Source: Eledone cirrhosa (lineage: Eukaryota). From it: a DNA stretch of 64,000 nt. The stretch covers positions 12,462,001 to 12,526,000 of the forward strand of contig OZ024742.1 of assembly GCA_964016885.1 (NCBI GenBank). The letters are read 5' to 3'. The notes below the pieces were generated by a model. It did not search any database, was not told where the DNA came from, and was given only the letters and a program-made list of their open reading frames with translations. Each line of letters opens with the position of its first letter. Positions within the stretch are counted from its first letter, which is position 1. Position numbers and translations under genes: made by a program. Shown one piece after another: positions 38,938 to 52,638 of this stretch.

Positions 38938-41900
38938 CTACAGAACAATGTAGAGAGAAGGCCCATTTACACGGGCCATTCTCGCTTCTTTCACCCACCT
39001 TTCATAAAACTGTCTGGGGCCAAGCACTTCTCTCTCCATCCTGATCCTTCTTCCGAAGTGGTATCGGAAGAAGTAAACCAGGTGATGGCCGGAGAGAAAG
39101 TCACCCGACCTCAGACCTTTCAGGCGCGTCCACCACACAACCTCTTTCATCATGGCTATTACGCACAGAAAGACCGCCTCTGCTTCATTTCTGAAGGGAG
39201 GAGGCGGCTTGATGTTCCCCACAGACTCGGCGGTTAATCGAATCGGCGCCACACGTGACAGCAGTCGTTCGACGTAGCCCCACAGATCGGCGACGCCCGG
39301 GCAGTGTACCAGTGCATGCGCAACGGTTTCCTCGTCGCGCACGCATCTGGGACAGATCTTTTTCGCGGGATCCCTGCCCGGGCGCCCGTTTCTGTAGAGC
39401 TTTTCTCGAACGGGCAGAGCCCCCCGGTAACACTGCCAGGCTAGGGACCTCTGGAAGTTATCCATGGGTCCCGGGCCGAAAGTTCTACCGAACAGGCTGG
39501 CCAGTTCGTCCTCCTCCATGCCTAGCGACTCTCCGAGGGTGTCGTCGCCCTTGCTAGCCACCAACCCTCTATAGAATGTCGAGGTGGATTCTCCAATGAT
39601 AGTCGGGTCCGCTTGCCAGATAGCCGTGAGCGCCTGGGCACACTCGGTGTGCCAGTTGCCCAGTTTTCTCGGTCTTTGCTTCACCCAGGATTGCAGTTCG
39701 GTGAGCGAGACGAGCTGTGGGAAGGCTCGCCTCACAAACGGGGCCCACACCGGCTGACCGTTGAGGAATACCTGTAGATGCCGTAGCCTCAATGCGTGCC
39801 TACGCATCAACAGCCACGGCATACCCAGCCCTCCTTTCGAAGGGTGCTGGCAGCAGATGGATCTCCTCACCATGGGAGGCCGCTTCTTCCAGAGGAACTG
39901 GAAGAGCATGCGTTCCATGATGGTGAGCTTTTCCTTGGGGCAAGGCACGACGGTCAGGCGGTAGTAGATGACGGACGCTATGTAAGCGTTCGTCACCTCC
40001 GCCCGACCTTTCAGTGATAGTTTGCACTTGGCCCACTTCTGGGTCAGCGCTAACACCCTGCTCGTCACCTCGCCCCAATTCTTCTCCACCTGGAGGTCCG
40101 GTCCGAACCAGACCCCGAGCAGCTTCACCGGGCCCTCCGTCCACCGCCCGACGACACCGTCTAACGGCATCGGTTTGCCCCTCCACGTTCCGAGTTGCAA
40201 ACCGACTGACTTGTCCTGGTTCAGCCTAGCCCCCGTCAGCCTTTCGTATTCCTCCAGTAGGGTGGCGATCGCCCCGATTTCCGAGGCGTCCGCCACCATT
40301 ACTGTTACGTCGTCGGCATAGGCCGAGACCGCTTTGTGCAATCCCGGTTCCAGGGGTATGCCCCGCAGCAACTCCAACTTCCGCAGCGGTGGCTCGAGAG
40401 TCAATACGTACAGAAGGGAGGAGAGGGGGCACCCCTGTCTGATGGACCGGGTGATTTGAAACGGCTCCGAGAGGTAGCCGTTTACTTTAATCCTAGAGTA
40501 GATGTTGCCACTGGGCATGGCAGAAATCCAGCCCCTGAAAACGGGTCCGAAGCCCGCCGCCGCTAGCACCGCATCCAGGTAACCATGGTCGACCCTATCG
40601 AACGCCTTAGATTGATCCAAGTTGATCAGGGCCCCACCAAAGCCGGGTTCGTTGCCAACCCTCTCTATGATGTATCGCATGAGGTGGAGGTTGTCGTGAA
40701 TGGACCTGGACGGGATAGCGCATGTCTGCGCGTCTCCCACCAAACCACCCACCACAAGCGCCAACCTCTTCGCCAACACCTTGGCCAAAATCTGTAACTC
40801 TGCATTCAGCAGAGTTATGGGCCTAAAGTTACTTAAGTCGTCCCCCTTGCTCTCGTCCTTCCTCACTAGCGTGACCACGCCCTTGGTCACAGAACAGGGA
40901 ATTCTCCCGTTCTGTTGCCAGTTGCAATAGACAGCCTCGAGGAGTTTGGAGAACAAGACCGGCATAGCTAAATAAAGTTCGTATGGTAGACCATCGAGAC
41001 CCGGGGATTTGCGTCTGCTGCATTGGCTGAGCGCTTCCCCGATTTCAGTGGCTGTGATTGGCCTTTCGCAGCACTCCGCTTCGCCGCTCGAAAGACGCGG
41101 TAGACCGTCGAGGTATGGACCGAAGTCCACATCCCCGTCCGGCCCCCCGCCCCCTCCGAACAGTCGAGCAAAGTGCCTTTGAAAGGCCTCGCACATCCGC
41201 TCAGGTTCAAGGATCACCCGTCCATCCTGGTCTCGCAAAGACCGAATGGTGGATTTAATCCCACTCTTGGCTTCTGTCACGCGGGCCCAGCTAACAGCTT
41301 TGGTCCCCTCGTTTCCTAAAGCACGTATTTTACTTCGGACAACGCAGCCTTCGTGCTTCGCGTCAAAGAACTGGCTCAACGCCGTTCTCGCCGCTAACAC
41401 TCTGGCCACGTCTCCGCTCCTAATCGCCTCTTCTAGTTTATCTGTTAACTCCCTTTCCTTCCTATTTCTATTTGCCGCTAGTTCTTTACTGTAACCTATA
41501 GAACTTACTCTAATCTCTCTCTTTAGAGATACCCACCACCTGCTGTTGACGATCGCTCCCGTCAACCGCATCTTAACGAAGCTACTAATCCGGTTCCTGT
41601 AATCTTTCTTTGCCGGCAAGGACAAGTTCATCTTCCAGTAACCGGGACCCTGTCTATGCGTTCTATCAAGGTTGACCACGCAGGTCACTAATTTGTGATC
41701 TGAATAGCCAACCATGATCAGTTCTGGACAACTAAATACGTCCCTATCCTTACTCCTAACCAAAAACCTATGTAGGTACGATCTAGATTGTCCACTGCGG
41801 TTTGCCCAGGTCCAGGTTGGCGCAGTTGGACAATCTAGTCGAAATCTATCGACCAGGTCGAATCGATCGAGTAACCCCTTGAGGCTGCTACACCCCCCTC

Positions 41901-42384
41901 TATCGGGACATGCCCCTGCATAGTCCCAACGCGCATCTAGGATTCCATTCCAGTCCCCCCACTAAAAGCAGGGAACGCGACGTTCCTAGAAAAGTCTCCA
42001 GACGCTGGAAGAAGTCGGCTCTTTCCACCCCGAAGGGGGCATAAAGACCGACCAGTCTGAAAGCCCCGCCTTCACCGCCTCCGACGTCCAGCACCAGTAA
42101 TCAACCCCCCGGGTCCGAGTGAACAATCTGTACGTCGAGAGCCAGACGTTTATCCAGCAGTACGGCAACTCCCCCCCCCCCCCCCCGCCTCCGGGTTGAC
42201 AGAGAGATGTGTGCATCTCAAAGTCATCGAAGGCGGGCGCCAGCTGTCTCACGCTGCTGATCCGACTCTCGCAAACAACCATCACATCTATACTTTGTGA
42301 CCTGAGGTCATTTAGAAGCTTTGCTTGCTTCCAAGCTGAGCCCAGGCCACGCGCGTTCAAACAGCCAACTCTCAATTGATCTAT
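38938..42384 (-). CDS. LINE C ORF2; 941-aa uninterrupted RT-containing part (38938-41763), APE part frameshifted, start codon apparently ATA
   Basis: GCLNARGL, VCES, LYAP, YSDH, PGYWK, KSPGLDGLP, DQSKAFDRV, QGCPLS, YADD, CPRC..ETVAHALVHC. Confidence 0.92.
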
Positions 42385-42399
42385 TTTGGTGTTGAAAGT

Positions 42400-44117
42400 G
42401 AAGAAAAGCACCTACCTCTCCGGGTTGTGTAATTTCCATGGCATCAGGTGTGTTGGGTGGAGGGATGTTTTGTGGTGGTGTGGGGGTATCCGTGTGTGGT
42501 GGGGTTGGGGTATTTGGAGTTGTGTCAGGGAGAGGGGCGGTTATGGGGAAATCTTTCAAGAGGACGCGATTTAACGGTTTTAAACAGGGGGGGGGGCTCA
42601 CGTCCTGTCTAAATTGTTCTTTTAAGGAACGATAAAGGTCCAGAGGGACCATTATCATTTTTAAATGGGTGAAGTTCTCTGTTGAGATAAAGTTTGGCCC
42701 TTCGGTCTGCACCATAGGGTTATTGTTTATTAATTTAACCAGTTTTTTGTTTTCTTTATTTATATATGTGTATTGCAACGTCTTTTTTTGTGATGCTGTC
42801 AATGTTTCGGAGAGGGGAGGCGCAGATTTATTTTTGTTTGTTGAGGGTAGGGTGTTTTTGATTGGAGTTGGTGTTTGTGTGGGGGTTATTTGTGGTGTGC
42901 TGGGTGTGTGTTTTCTTTTTTTTCTTTTAACTTGTCTGAAGGCTTCTCCTCCTTCTTCTTCAGAAGTTGGGGGAAACTCTTCAGCGCTAGGTGGGAGGGA
43001 CGTGTTGTGTGGTTGTTTTTTTTTGCGGGATGGGTAGATTTGTTACTGTTTTTTTTTATTATTTGTTTGGAATGGGTTTTGTGGTGGTGGTGGTGGTGGT
43101 GGTAATGTTTGTGTCGTGCTTGTGGTTGGTGATGGTGGTGGTGATGTTTGTGTTGTGGTTGGTGGTGGTGATTTTTGTGTCGTGCTTGTGTTTGGTACTG
43201 GTGGTGGTGATGTTTGTGTTGTGTTTGTGGTTGGTGGTGTCTGTATTTTGTTTGCTGTGTGTGGTATTAGTGTATTTTTGGAGGTGGGTGGTGTTGGTGT
43301 ACTGTTTGTGGTGGGTGTGGGCAATAGTCCTTTTTGGGGGATACGTTTCGGGCAGTTAGCCTTAACGTGTCCCCTTTCCATGCATAAATAGCATGCTGGT
43401 CTTCTCCCCTCTACAATTATATCTATTGGGGTAAGGTCATCCAGCCAGATGCGATCCGAGATTTGTGCTATTCTTTTGGGCCTCATTTGGACTAGTATGT
43501 CGAGGCCCATTCCCAGGAACGCATCTCCAGTTGCCTTCCCCATTGACAGCATTGTGTCTTCGCCCATGTCTATGAAGCCAGCAATAGCCCACCAGAAGTC
43601 CATTGTGGGCAGCATTGTTTTTACTTTTACTCTCTGTGTTCTTCTACCCATGTAGGAGGGATAGAAGCTGTATGTTGTCGATGAGAGTGGGCTTAGGGAA
43701 AGCTTCTCCGCCGTTTCCTTGTCTTTTTTTAGGACCGAAATGCTGCCATAGAGTCGGTCCTTTCGTATGAAGAGAATATTCTTCATATAGTCTTTTAGGA
43801 CCAACTCTATTTCCATTTGGCTAGGCTGTGCTGGCTTTCTTGTCTGGTTCAGTATAGTTCTGAAGAGAACTGTGCTCTCTGTTCTGGCCTTCTTGAATTC
43901 TGGGGGGGGGGGAGTTAATGGAAAACATTCCGTTCTCCCCCAAGACTATTTGTTTTTTCGCTTCGGCCAGTTTTTCTCTGGCGGCAGTTAAGTCAATTGG
44001 TGTGTATGTAATGGATTGTTTTGTTTTCTGGGCGAAAGTTGCCCTGTTGTTATTTGTATTATTTTCTGTTTGTTTCTTTTCCGTTTGCTCATTTTCCTTA
44101 ACATTTGTTTTTTTCAT
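42400..44117 (-). pseudogene. LINE C ORF1 (gag-like, CCHC zinc knuckle), frameshifted
   Basis: VEGRRPACYLCMERGHVKANCP; homologous to LINE D ORF1. Confidence 0.85.
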
Positions 44118-44428
44118 TTTCTTTGTTTGTTTCGTTGTCTAATTTTGTTGTAATTATTTTTTGTTCTTCAGACTTGGGGGGCGTGGCAGAGCTAATGGCA
44201 GACATGTCTGCCATCTTTTCCGCCATGCTGCCAAGAAAGAAATTTTTCGGCAAAAATAGATATTTATTTTACCCCCTAAAAAGGGGCTAAATGCAAAAAT
44301 GTTTCCCTAAATAACAGGGGTTAGTGTTCCAAATGTGTTGCACTGAAAAATTTATCCGGTACTTACTATAGTAAGGGTAAATCCCGATGGAATAGCGGAG
44401 CCGATGTGACGCGTGTCTTACTCTATCA

Positions 44429-44460
<32 letters not shown>

Positions 44461-44691
44461 TAATAGAGAGAGAAAGAGATAGAGAGGCATAGAGAGATAG
44501 AGAGATAGAGAGATTGAGAGATAGAAAACAACGTATAATGCTGGATTAAGGTGAAACTTGTAATTTAATGGAGTGATGGCCGATAAGTTTGAACTACATC
44601 TGGTCTCACAGCAGAAGTCGGTTCCCTCATTACACCACCGTGACAGACAGCCTGTTTTGGTAACTGTGTGCCACCGTGACAGACAGACAGC

Positions 44692-45100
44692 GTGATTCTG
44701 AATCATATTGGAAGAATAATTAATACCTAATGCTTTAGTGTGAAGAGATACATAAATCTAACCTGAAGAAGAGATCTTTAGAACATCTGACTGATAAAAT
44801 GACAAGTCAGTCAATCATATTGGTGGCCCCGGCGGACAGAACGGAGAAGGCGTTTCCCCGGAGGACGGCAAGGGAGACGCGTTGGAAAAACTATTCCAGC
44901 TCGCGAGGTTCACACCTGCGGCTGGCCAGCTCAGCGCCTGTGGTGATGGGTAGGGAGGTAGCCCTAGGGCCAAGGACACCTGTAGTCTCCACTGCCAAGG
45001 GTACAACCGCAAACCTGTCGGAGAGCTACCGGTATTTGAAGAGTTTGGCCTCCTCAGCCCGACGTGCAGCAGAATCTGGGTTAGTCGCAGAAGCAATGGG
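44692..45100 (-). mobile_element. 5'-truncated CRE-clade non-LTR insertion (RLE C-terminus + 3' UTR) with 23-bp target-site duplication
   Basis: Minus translation AARRAEEAKLFKYR*LSDRFAVVPLAVETTGVLGP…FFQRVSLAVLRGNA; TGCC(A/G)CCGTGACAGACAGACAGC at 44669-44691 and 45101-45123. Confidence 0.8.
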
Positions 45101-45197
45101 TGCCGCCGTGACAGACAGACAGCTTCTTTTGGGAGGTATTGTAAACCTGACGGAACCCATTTCTCTCCAGGTCTGAACATATTGAATTTCTCGAGAG

Positions 45198-45298
45198 AAT
45201 AAGAAAGTGTGAGAGAGGAAGTAAGAAAGTGTGAGACAGGAAGTAAGAAAGTGTGAGACAGGAAGTAAGAAAGTGTGAGAGAGGAAGTAAGAAAGTGA
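45198..45298. repeat. 22-bp tandem repeat GGAAGTAAGAAAGTGTGAGA(C/G)A, ~4.5 units
   Basis: Direct inspection. Confidence 0.85.
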
Positions 45299-45309
45299 TA
45301 TAGAGGAGG

Positions 45310-45430
45310 AATCGATTCCAATATTGGCGTGATACTTTTTTATTGACCTCGAAAATATAAAAGGTATAGTTGACCTCGGCGGAACTTGAACTGAGGGCGC
45401 ATAAAGCCAGAAGGAATACCGCTAATTAGC
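45310..45430 (-). mobile_element. Degenerate Meta-domain SINE; its 3' part (CCCAT.TC.TCTCCAGGTCTGAAC, ~45155) is shared with 51685
   Basis: Reverse complement CAGTTCAAGTTCCGCCGAGGTCAACTATACCTTTT…GAGGTCAATAAA. Confidence 0.6.
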
Positions 45431-46137
45431 AGCCATAACACTGGAAATTTTCAGTGTATTTAAATTTAGATTATAAAAGAATTTGAAGCCATTTAGTCGG
45501 TCACTGTAACTTTATTGCACTTTGGTAAGAAATAGCTAAATCGTAATAACACTAACATCTGTTCTGTTACATTTAAACTCGTTCAGAAATGGCGGAAGAC
45601 AGCAGTTATATAAACAAGTACTAACTATTGTATGTAATATATATATTCATACTTTACAAAACCATATTCAATTACATTTTATATATTTCACACGAAGAAG
45701 AAAATCTCCATGAATTTCTTTATGTTCTAGTAAGTCTCCTAAATCTTTGTTATAGGCATCTAATCCAGAAGCGAATTAAAAAAATTAGATCGGTTTTCTT
45801 GTCTTATCGATAACGCACCAATAGAAATCATATACATGTAATTTAGCTAAATATTTGATTTTGGTAACATTTCTAGACACAACGACATGTTATCTTAGCT
45901 TTCAAAATATTTAAAACGTAACAAAAGTATTTATAGAAATTGAAGTTTGTTCCCAGACATGTTTAGAACGTAGTATTAAATGTTTGAGTAGTTAAATTAA
46001 CATTTATCTCAATACATGTTAATAAAAACAACTAGAACATGTAGTAAATTGGCTTGTAAAGTAGAAAGCTAGATTCTACTGCAGTGTTAGGAGTTTGATG
46101 TTCGTATTTAGATGTGTCTTTATAGTGTAGGAGAGTA

Positions 46138-46790
46138 ATACTTCGAGCTGCTCTGGAAATCTGGAGACAACACGAGCTGCTCTGGACATCTGGTGACAAC
46201 ACGAGCTGCCCTGGACATCTGGTGACAACATGAGCTGCTCTGGACATCTGGAGATAACACGAGCTGCTCTAGACATCTGGTGACAACACGAGCTGCTCTG
46301 GACATCTCCTGGAGACAACACGAGCTGTTCTGGACATCTGGTGACAACACGAGCTTCTCTGGACATCTGGTGACAACACGAGCTGCTCTGGACATCTGGA
46401 GACAACACGAGCTGCTCTGGACATCTGGTGACAACAAGATCTGTTCTGGACATCTCCTAGTGACAACACCCTACGGAGGAACTTCTTTATAGTAATTTAC
46501 CCTTAATAGTTAACGTTATTAGAGAAAGAAGAACAAGATTCGCTGGACATTGCTGGAGAGAACAAAGTATGAGGTGATCAACGATATTCTTCTTTGGGAA
46601 CCGAAACATGGGTGCACAAATGTTGGTAAACCACATCGAACCTACATAAAGCAACTGTGAGAAGGTTCTGGGTACACCTGAGAAGACCAACCACGAGAAA
46701 GGGCAGACTGAACAGACTGGAAAGAACAAATCATGGCAATCCGTGCAATAAGCATCCCCGAATAGATGGCTGTTATTAATTAAGTGACGG
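46138..46790 (+). mobile_element. RTE-clade LINE 3' fragment with an internal 29-bp minisatellite
   Basis: LRAALDISWRQHPTEELLYSNLPLIVNVIRERRTRFAGHCWR…ILLWEPKHG…GKPHRTYIKQL. Confidence 0.8.
46144..46469. repeat. 29-bp minisatellite CGAGCTGCTCTGGACATCTGGTGACAACA, ~11 units
   Basis: Direct inspection. Confidence 0.9.
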
Positions 46791-46799
46791 GGAGTTATC

Positions 46800-46930
46800 A
46801 GAATCATTAGAACGGTGGATACATTGCTTTATGGCATTCGTTCCGTTTCTAAGCTCTCTGATTTCAAATTATGCCGAGTTCAACTTCACTTTTATCAAGT
46901 CGAAGTAAGTAGCAGTTGAGTGTCGAATCT
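46800..46930 (+). mobile_element. Degenerate SINE
   Basis: CTGATTTCAAATTATGCCGAGTTCAACTT…AAGTAGCAGTTGAG. Confidence 0.45.
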
Positions 46931-48019
46931 TCCTCTATATTTTTTTCTGGCTTCCTCTCTTATCATTTTCTCCTTCCATGGAAGAAATTGGTTGCGTTCA
47001 AACCAGGAGAGCGCTGGGCTACGTCAAGATTAAAATGCCGAATAATGTGATATATCATTATGGCGCCCCTACGACTCCACCAAGAAACAAAAAGAAAAGA
47101 AAAGATATTAATAAAGGAATGTGTTTAGTCTCATGATTAATCTCTCGAGTGAAAAATCACAAAGAATTAATTATGCTTAATGAACAAATTGCACAACTAA
47201 ATGTGATTTTAGAGTATTTTAGAGAAGTTTTATTATTCGGGAAGATCCAGGAGATTTTAAATCAAATGCACTTCAGCTATTACCATCACATCGGTTTTAG
47301 AGATATACATTATGTAGTGTATCATAGAATGATTTGACTGTTATTTTTAGCAGATTGAGTGAGCTGTTACTAAATGTCTTCAATCGATATGATAAATAAA
47401 TAGTAAGGTCTCTTTAATTTTACTGATCTTTCAAAATACAGAACATTACATAACATGTTCATTTTTATCCTGATGTGTATCAATATTATGATCTCTTCTT
47501 GTAAATTATGATGAACTCCAACGGGTCATCTCCCTGTACGGAACCATTTCATGTCCTACTGTTATTACAGTTGCTACATGCTATAATACTGACACAACCA
47601 TATTGCGGAAGCTATAATTCCTTTTCTTTCATCTCCAGAGTGATAGAAGAATAATGTTGTGGATATGTCACAATATTTATTGATATTCATTATAAAACCT
47701 AGCTTTATGTTATCAGAGAAGATATGAAAATTGCGATTTCACTTGGCGGATATCCACAAGTGTAAGATTGATGTTGGAATATTATGATATGTAGAGAATT
47801 TTTGAAAGAAAAAGCCTGGCATTTCTATTTATCCCAACTACTTGAAATAAGATAAAATATATGTTTATACACAGATATAAATATATAGAATAAAAAACAA
47901 AAGAAAAGAGAAATTGGAAAGCAAGAGCCTAAATCTATAGCAAAGTCAGCCCGAACTATAGAACACAGCTGCAAAATAAGAATGATGAAAACACACAACT
48001 ACCTTTCTATATAACACGT

Positions 48020-48145
48020 ATAAGTCGTTAGAATGTCGGATAGAAGGCGTTCTGGTATTTATTTTGGCTCTCTGCTCTCTTGGTTCAAATCCCGTCCAAG
48101 TCTAATTTGCCTTCCATCCATTCGAGGTCGATAAAAAAGTATATG
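48020..48145 (+). mobile_element. Meta-domain SINE
   Basis: GGTTCAAATCCCG…TTTGCCTTCCATCCATTCGAGGTCGATAAAAAAGTA. Confidence 0.7.
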
Positions 48146-48175
48146 GAACTGTGTATGCAACTGTGTATATATATG

Positions 48176-48221
<46 letters not shown>

Positions 48222-48384
48222 CCAATGTCTGCCTGTGTGTATATATGTGTGTACCCCTGTCTTTGTGTTTGTGATCGCCTTTCTATGTAAATCTGTGTGT
48301 ATATATATATATGTGTATGTGTACGCCTATGTTTGTCAGTGTATGTGACTGTCTTTCTCTGTGCAACTGTGTGTATATATACAT

Positions 48385-48449
<65 letters not shown>

Positions 48450-48632
48450 CTTGTTTGTGTCTGTGTTTGTGATTGACTTTCTCTGTGCAACTGTCTGTGT
48501 ATTTATGTACATATATGCCTATGTGTATTTGTGTTTGTGACTAACTTTCTGTACAACTGTATATGTGTATATGTGTGTATGTTTGTGTCAGTCTGTGTCT
48601 GTATCACTTTGTGACTGATTTCCGCTGTGCGA

Positions 48633-48737
<105 letters not shown>

Positions 48738-48952
48738 CCACCTGTATGTGTGTATATATGTGTGTATGTCTGTGTGGAGAATAATAAAGTGTATGTTTTA
48801 GTAGTTCCCTAGATTTCTAGTTATTTACAACACACAGCACTTTAGACAACAATTACTTATCCCGAAACCAACGTTATCCTCACCACAATACATCACAACA
48901 TATAGTTTTAGATATTCACACTCATATTTGTAATACGTTTATATATTTCCAC

Positions 48953-49016
<64 letters not shown>

Positions 49017-49093
49017 TGCGTGTGTGTGCGTATGCATATATATATATATATATATGTATGTATAATATATAATATATATATATAATATACATT

Positions 49094-49131
<38 letters not shown>

Positions 49132-49145
49132 TATATACATATATA

Positions 49146-49217
<72 letters not shown>

Positions 49218-49639
49218 CATGTATATATATATACACATATATATACTCTTCATTCCTTTTACTTTTTCCACGGAAACTTCAACACTTACACACATATATA
49301 TATATATATAGTGGTGTGTATGCGGGTGTAGGTGATGTAAAGTGTACTTCCTGCTCAACAGTGTAACCGTAGTGCCAGTGTACTCGCTGAACTATTCGTT
49401 CATGTTGTATTTTTCATAATAATTATCATCATCATCATCGTCGTCATTATCATCACCATCACCATCACCATCACCATCACCATCATCATCATCATCGGCG
49501 TCATTGTTGTTATTGTGATTTTCTTTTCATGTTCTTTTTTTTATTTTTCAAGAAATAGAAGTTTTATTTCATAAGAAATATATATATATATATCATACAC
49601 ATGTATATATATATATATACATATATATATATCATACAC

Positions 49640-49691
<52 letters not shown>

Positions 49692-50791
49692 ATATATATA
49701 TACATATATATATATATAACATATATATCATACACACATATATATATAAACATATATATATATATATCATACAAATATATATACAAATATATGTATATAT
49801 ATAAATGCATGTATGTATTTATATATATATAGATGTGTGTGTGTGTGTGGTGTGTGTGTATGCATAATTTGAAGAGTATGTTTGTGAAAACAGGTTTTTC
49901 TATATTCAAGAAAAGTACTCAGTCGAAGTGAATGCCGAGTAAACATGCTCTTATTTAATAGATTTTGCTTTTAAAGAAAACTTATTTCTTTCATTCAAAA
50001 AAATTATGAAAGAGTAAGGAATTGTGTGAGAATGTCGAATATATAGTCACTGAAGAAACGGAAGTAAACATATAGATTTGGAAAAGTAGGAGACGGTTAT
50101 TTTGGAAGCGTGTGCTATAATAGTCAGAGAAATACAAAAGAAAAGAAAAAATAACATAACGCTTACTTACCGTTGATAAAATGAGATATTTTATTCCGGA
50201 CTATTTTGATAAGTTTGAGACTCGTAAACAATTTTTTAAATGATTGCTTATCTTTCAGTATTCTATTCTTTCGGACTAAAATGTCTCCTTCTCTTTCTAT
50301 TCTACGATTTATCTCGTGGAGGTTGAGACCAATCTTGGCACAAAATCGATGGTTTCATATTTGACAATACAAATCATCGTTCATACCGATTCGTTTCTTT
50401 CATTCTGATCATTGACAAGAAACTCTTTTTTACCTGTTTCAGGTTCATATATTTCCTTTCACCTTTCAGTGTGGGTGATTTTCTCTCCAGTTACTACACG
50501 TGAAGTTGAGCAGTCCATTTCAAGTCCTTCTGAATAAGATAAGATGTGATATCAGTTCATTTCAAGTCCTTCTGAATAAAATAAGATGTGATATATCATC
50601 TAATCTTTTAATTATTAATTTTTTTCTAAACAACCTTCGCAAAGTTTTATTCTCGCCTTTGAAATGTCGAGCATCAATAAGTTTCCCGTACATATGTGAT
50701 GTGTATGGAAGATAAAATCTGTTTAAAGAAGTGCAGAGATATTCACCCATGAAAGAGATAAACCTAGGAAAACATGGGATAAAGTTGTGAA

Positions 50792-51378
50792 CTTAAGGGC
50801 CGAAACACTTGCTTGAGGTGGGGGGAGTCTTTTCTGAAGACTTTCTGCTGTCCAGCTCTCCAGAGAGTTTCTTACCACAAGTCAACATGTCTTCATGCAT
50901 TCTATTGATTTGTTCAAATATACGACATTATCGTACCAAGATGAATGCCTCAACACTAGTCTTATTCTTTATTCCTGAGGTGGTAGTATACGAGATCAAA
51001 TCTAGCCAACGAATTTGTTACAGGGGGAGAACATTTAAAATGGTTCAGAGATCTTCAAATATGGACTATACAACGTTCATATCTCTCAGCTATACAAAAT
51101 AGTTGATATGATTATTGTTCTGTCTGTACATATCTCCCGCCTTGACATATCTCCAGCCTTGTGGGACTTCGAAGTGAATTATAGCTTATTAAAAAATCGA
51201 ATTTAAGCGGCCAGATGCTATGGTGTTTGTTTTTAATTAAAGCAAGAAATGTTGCTTTTAATCCTCCATCATCCCCGCTTGGCTTTCATTAGAAGTTAAA
51301 GGCCGAAACACTTGCTTAAGGAGGGTTTCTTTTCTGAAGACTTTCGGCTGTCCAGCGCTCCTGAGAATTTCTTACCAC
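50792..51378. repeat. Dispersed ~85-bp direct repeat pair (50792-50878 and 51296-51378)
   Basis: GGCCGAAACACTTGCTT…TTTTCTGAAGACTTTC.GCTGTCCAGC.CTCC.GAGA.TTTCTTACCAC in both. Confidence 0.8.
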
Positions 51379-51782
51379 TGATAGGTAACTGGGAATGTAT
51401 TTTGAAGCTCAGCATCATCGATTGACACCTACACCGGGACGTTGTTATTCAATGCTGCCTGCAGATGTTTCGTATCTATTGGTCGATTGCTGAGTGACAT
51501 TTAATCTGAAGTAATGTAAAATGACAGCTATATCTTCCGTATACAGGAATTCAAATATCGAAGTGTTTTGAACGTTACATCTTTCATCTGGAATGATATA
51601 GTATGGTCCCGTAACTCATGGGGATTCTTAGAGGCACAATATTGGTCTACGGCTTTTCTAGGGCGTTTTGTTATTAATTTAGCGGAGCCCATCTCCTCTC
51701 CAGGTCTGAACGCAGCAGATTTCTTCCAGAGAAGGAAGGAAAAATTGAGAGATTGGAAGTGAGAAAGAGTTATAGACGAAAA

Positions 51783-51935
51783 ATTGACCCCAGTACTAGA
51801 CTGGTACTTTTTTATCTACTTCGAATAGATGTAAGACAAAATTGAGCTCGGCGCGATTTGACCTCAGAGAGCAAAGAGTCGACACGAACACCGCAAATCA
51901 TGCTATGTGACGTTCTAACGACTCTACAAATGTAC
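51783..51935 (-). mobile_element. Degenerate Meta-domain SINE
   Basis: Reverse complement CTGAGGTCAAATCGCGCCGAGCTCAATTTTGTC…GATAAAAAAGTACCAGTCTAGTACTGGGGTCAA. Confidence 0.6.
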
Positions 51936-52311
51936 CTCCTATTAATCTGGAATATATCGTGTTAATTTACCTTAAACTGCATATCTCATCTCGTGTGGAG
52001 GAATATGTAATGAAGTTTACATTGAGTAGGAAAGTAGGCGGGGGACCTAATCCTGCTTAAGTCCAACATTAGCATGATATGTATAGTCTATACGACGGGC
52101 TTCTCGAATGTTTCTATTTACCTAGATTATGGCACAAATCAACCCGTGTTTATAGGAAAACAAACACTGACCCAAAATAAAACACCGTGGGTCAGATCTG
52201 GAGATCCCATGATTGTGAAGCGAACTATCGGATCATTCATCTGTTCCTAGGGACTCACACATGCACTCACATACATACACAAACACACACACCCACACAC
52301 ACCCACACACG

Positions 52312-52342
<31 letters not shown>

Positions 52343-52347
52343 GTATA

Positions 52348-52497
<150 letters not shown>

Positions 52498-52638
52498 AGT
52501 ACATCTATAGTTATATTACGTAACTATATTTATCCCCTTACAGAAACTAATTAGTTGGAGTGAAAATTTTAGTAAGTTGATTTTTAATTTTTTTAATTTT
52601 CTTATTTTCCGTCTTTCATATATATATATATATATATA

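Larger units (their letters stand above)
38707..44429 (-). mobile_element. L1/Tx1-clade LINE, copy C, apparently full length (~5.7 kb), flanked by (GATA)n
   Basis: 5' UTR, CCHC ORF1, APE-RT ORF2, AATAAA at 38720-38715; GATAGATAGATA at both ends. Confidence 0.93.

Noticed and set aside
39185-41923. Antisense and alternate-frame ORFs overlapping LINE ORF2s (also 18.4-23.9 kb and 57.7-60.7 kb)
   Set aside because: Shadow ORFs of GC-rich retrotransposon coding sequence
50171-50352. Minus-strand ~60-codon open frame ending at a GTAAGT donor (…LFTSLKLIKIVRNKISHFING)
   Set aside because: Weak acceptor, upstream stop, no recognisable domain or linked exon
50828-50870. Minus-strand TCT-CTGGAGA-GCTG/CAGC-AGAAA-GTCT-TC-AGA in the 85-bp direct repeat
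   Set aside because: A6 absent in both copies, 2-nt loop II, second copy further from the core; too weak
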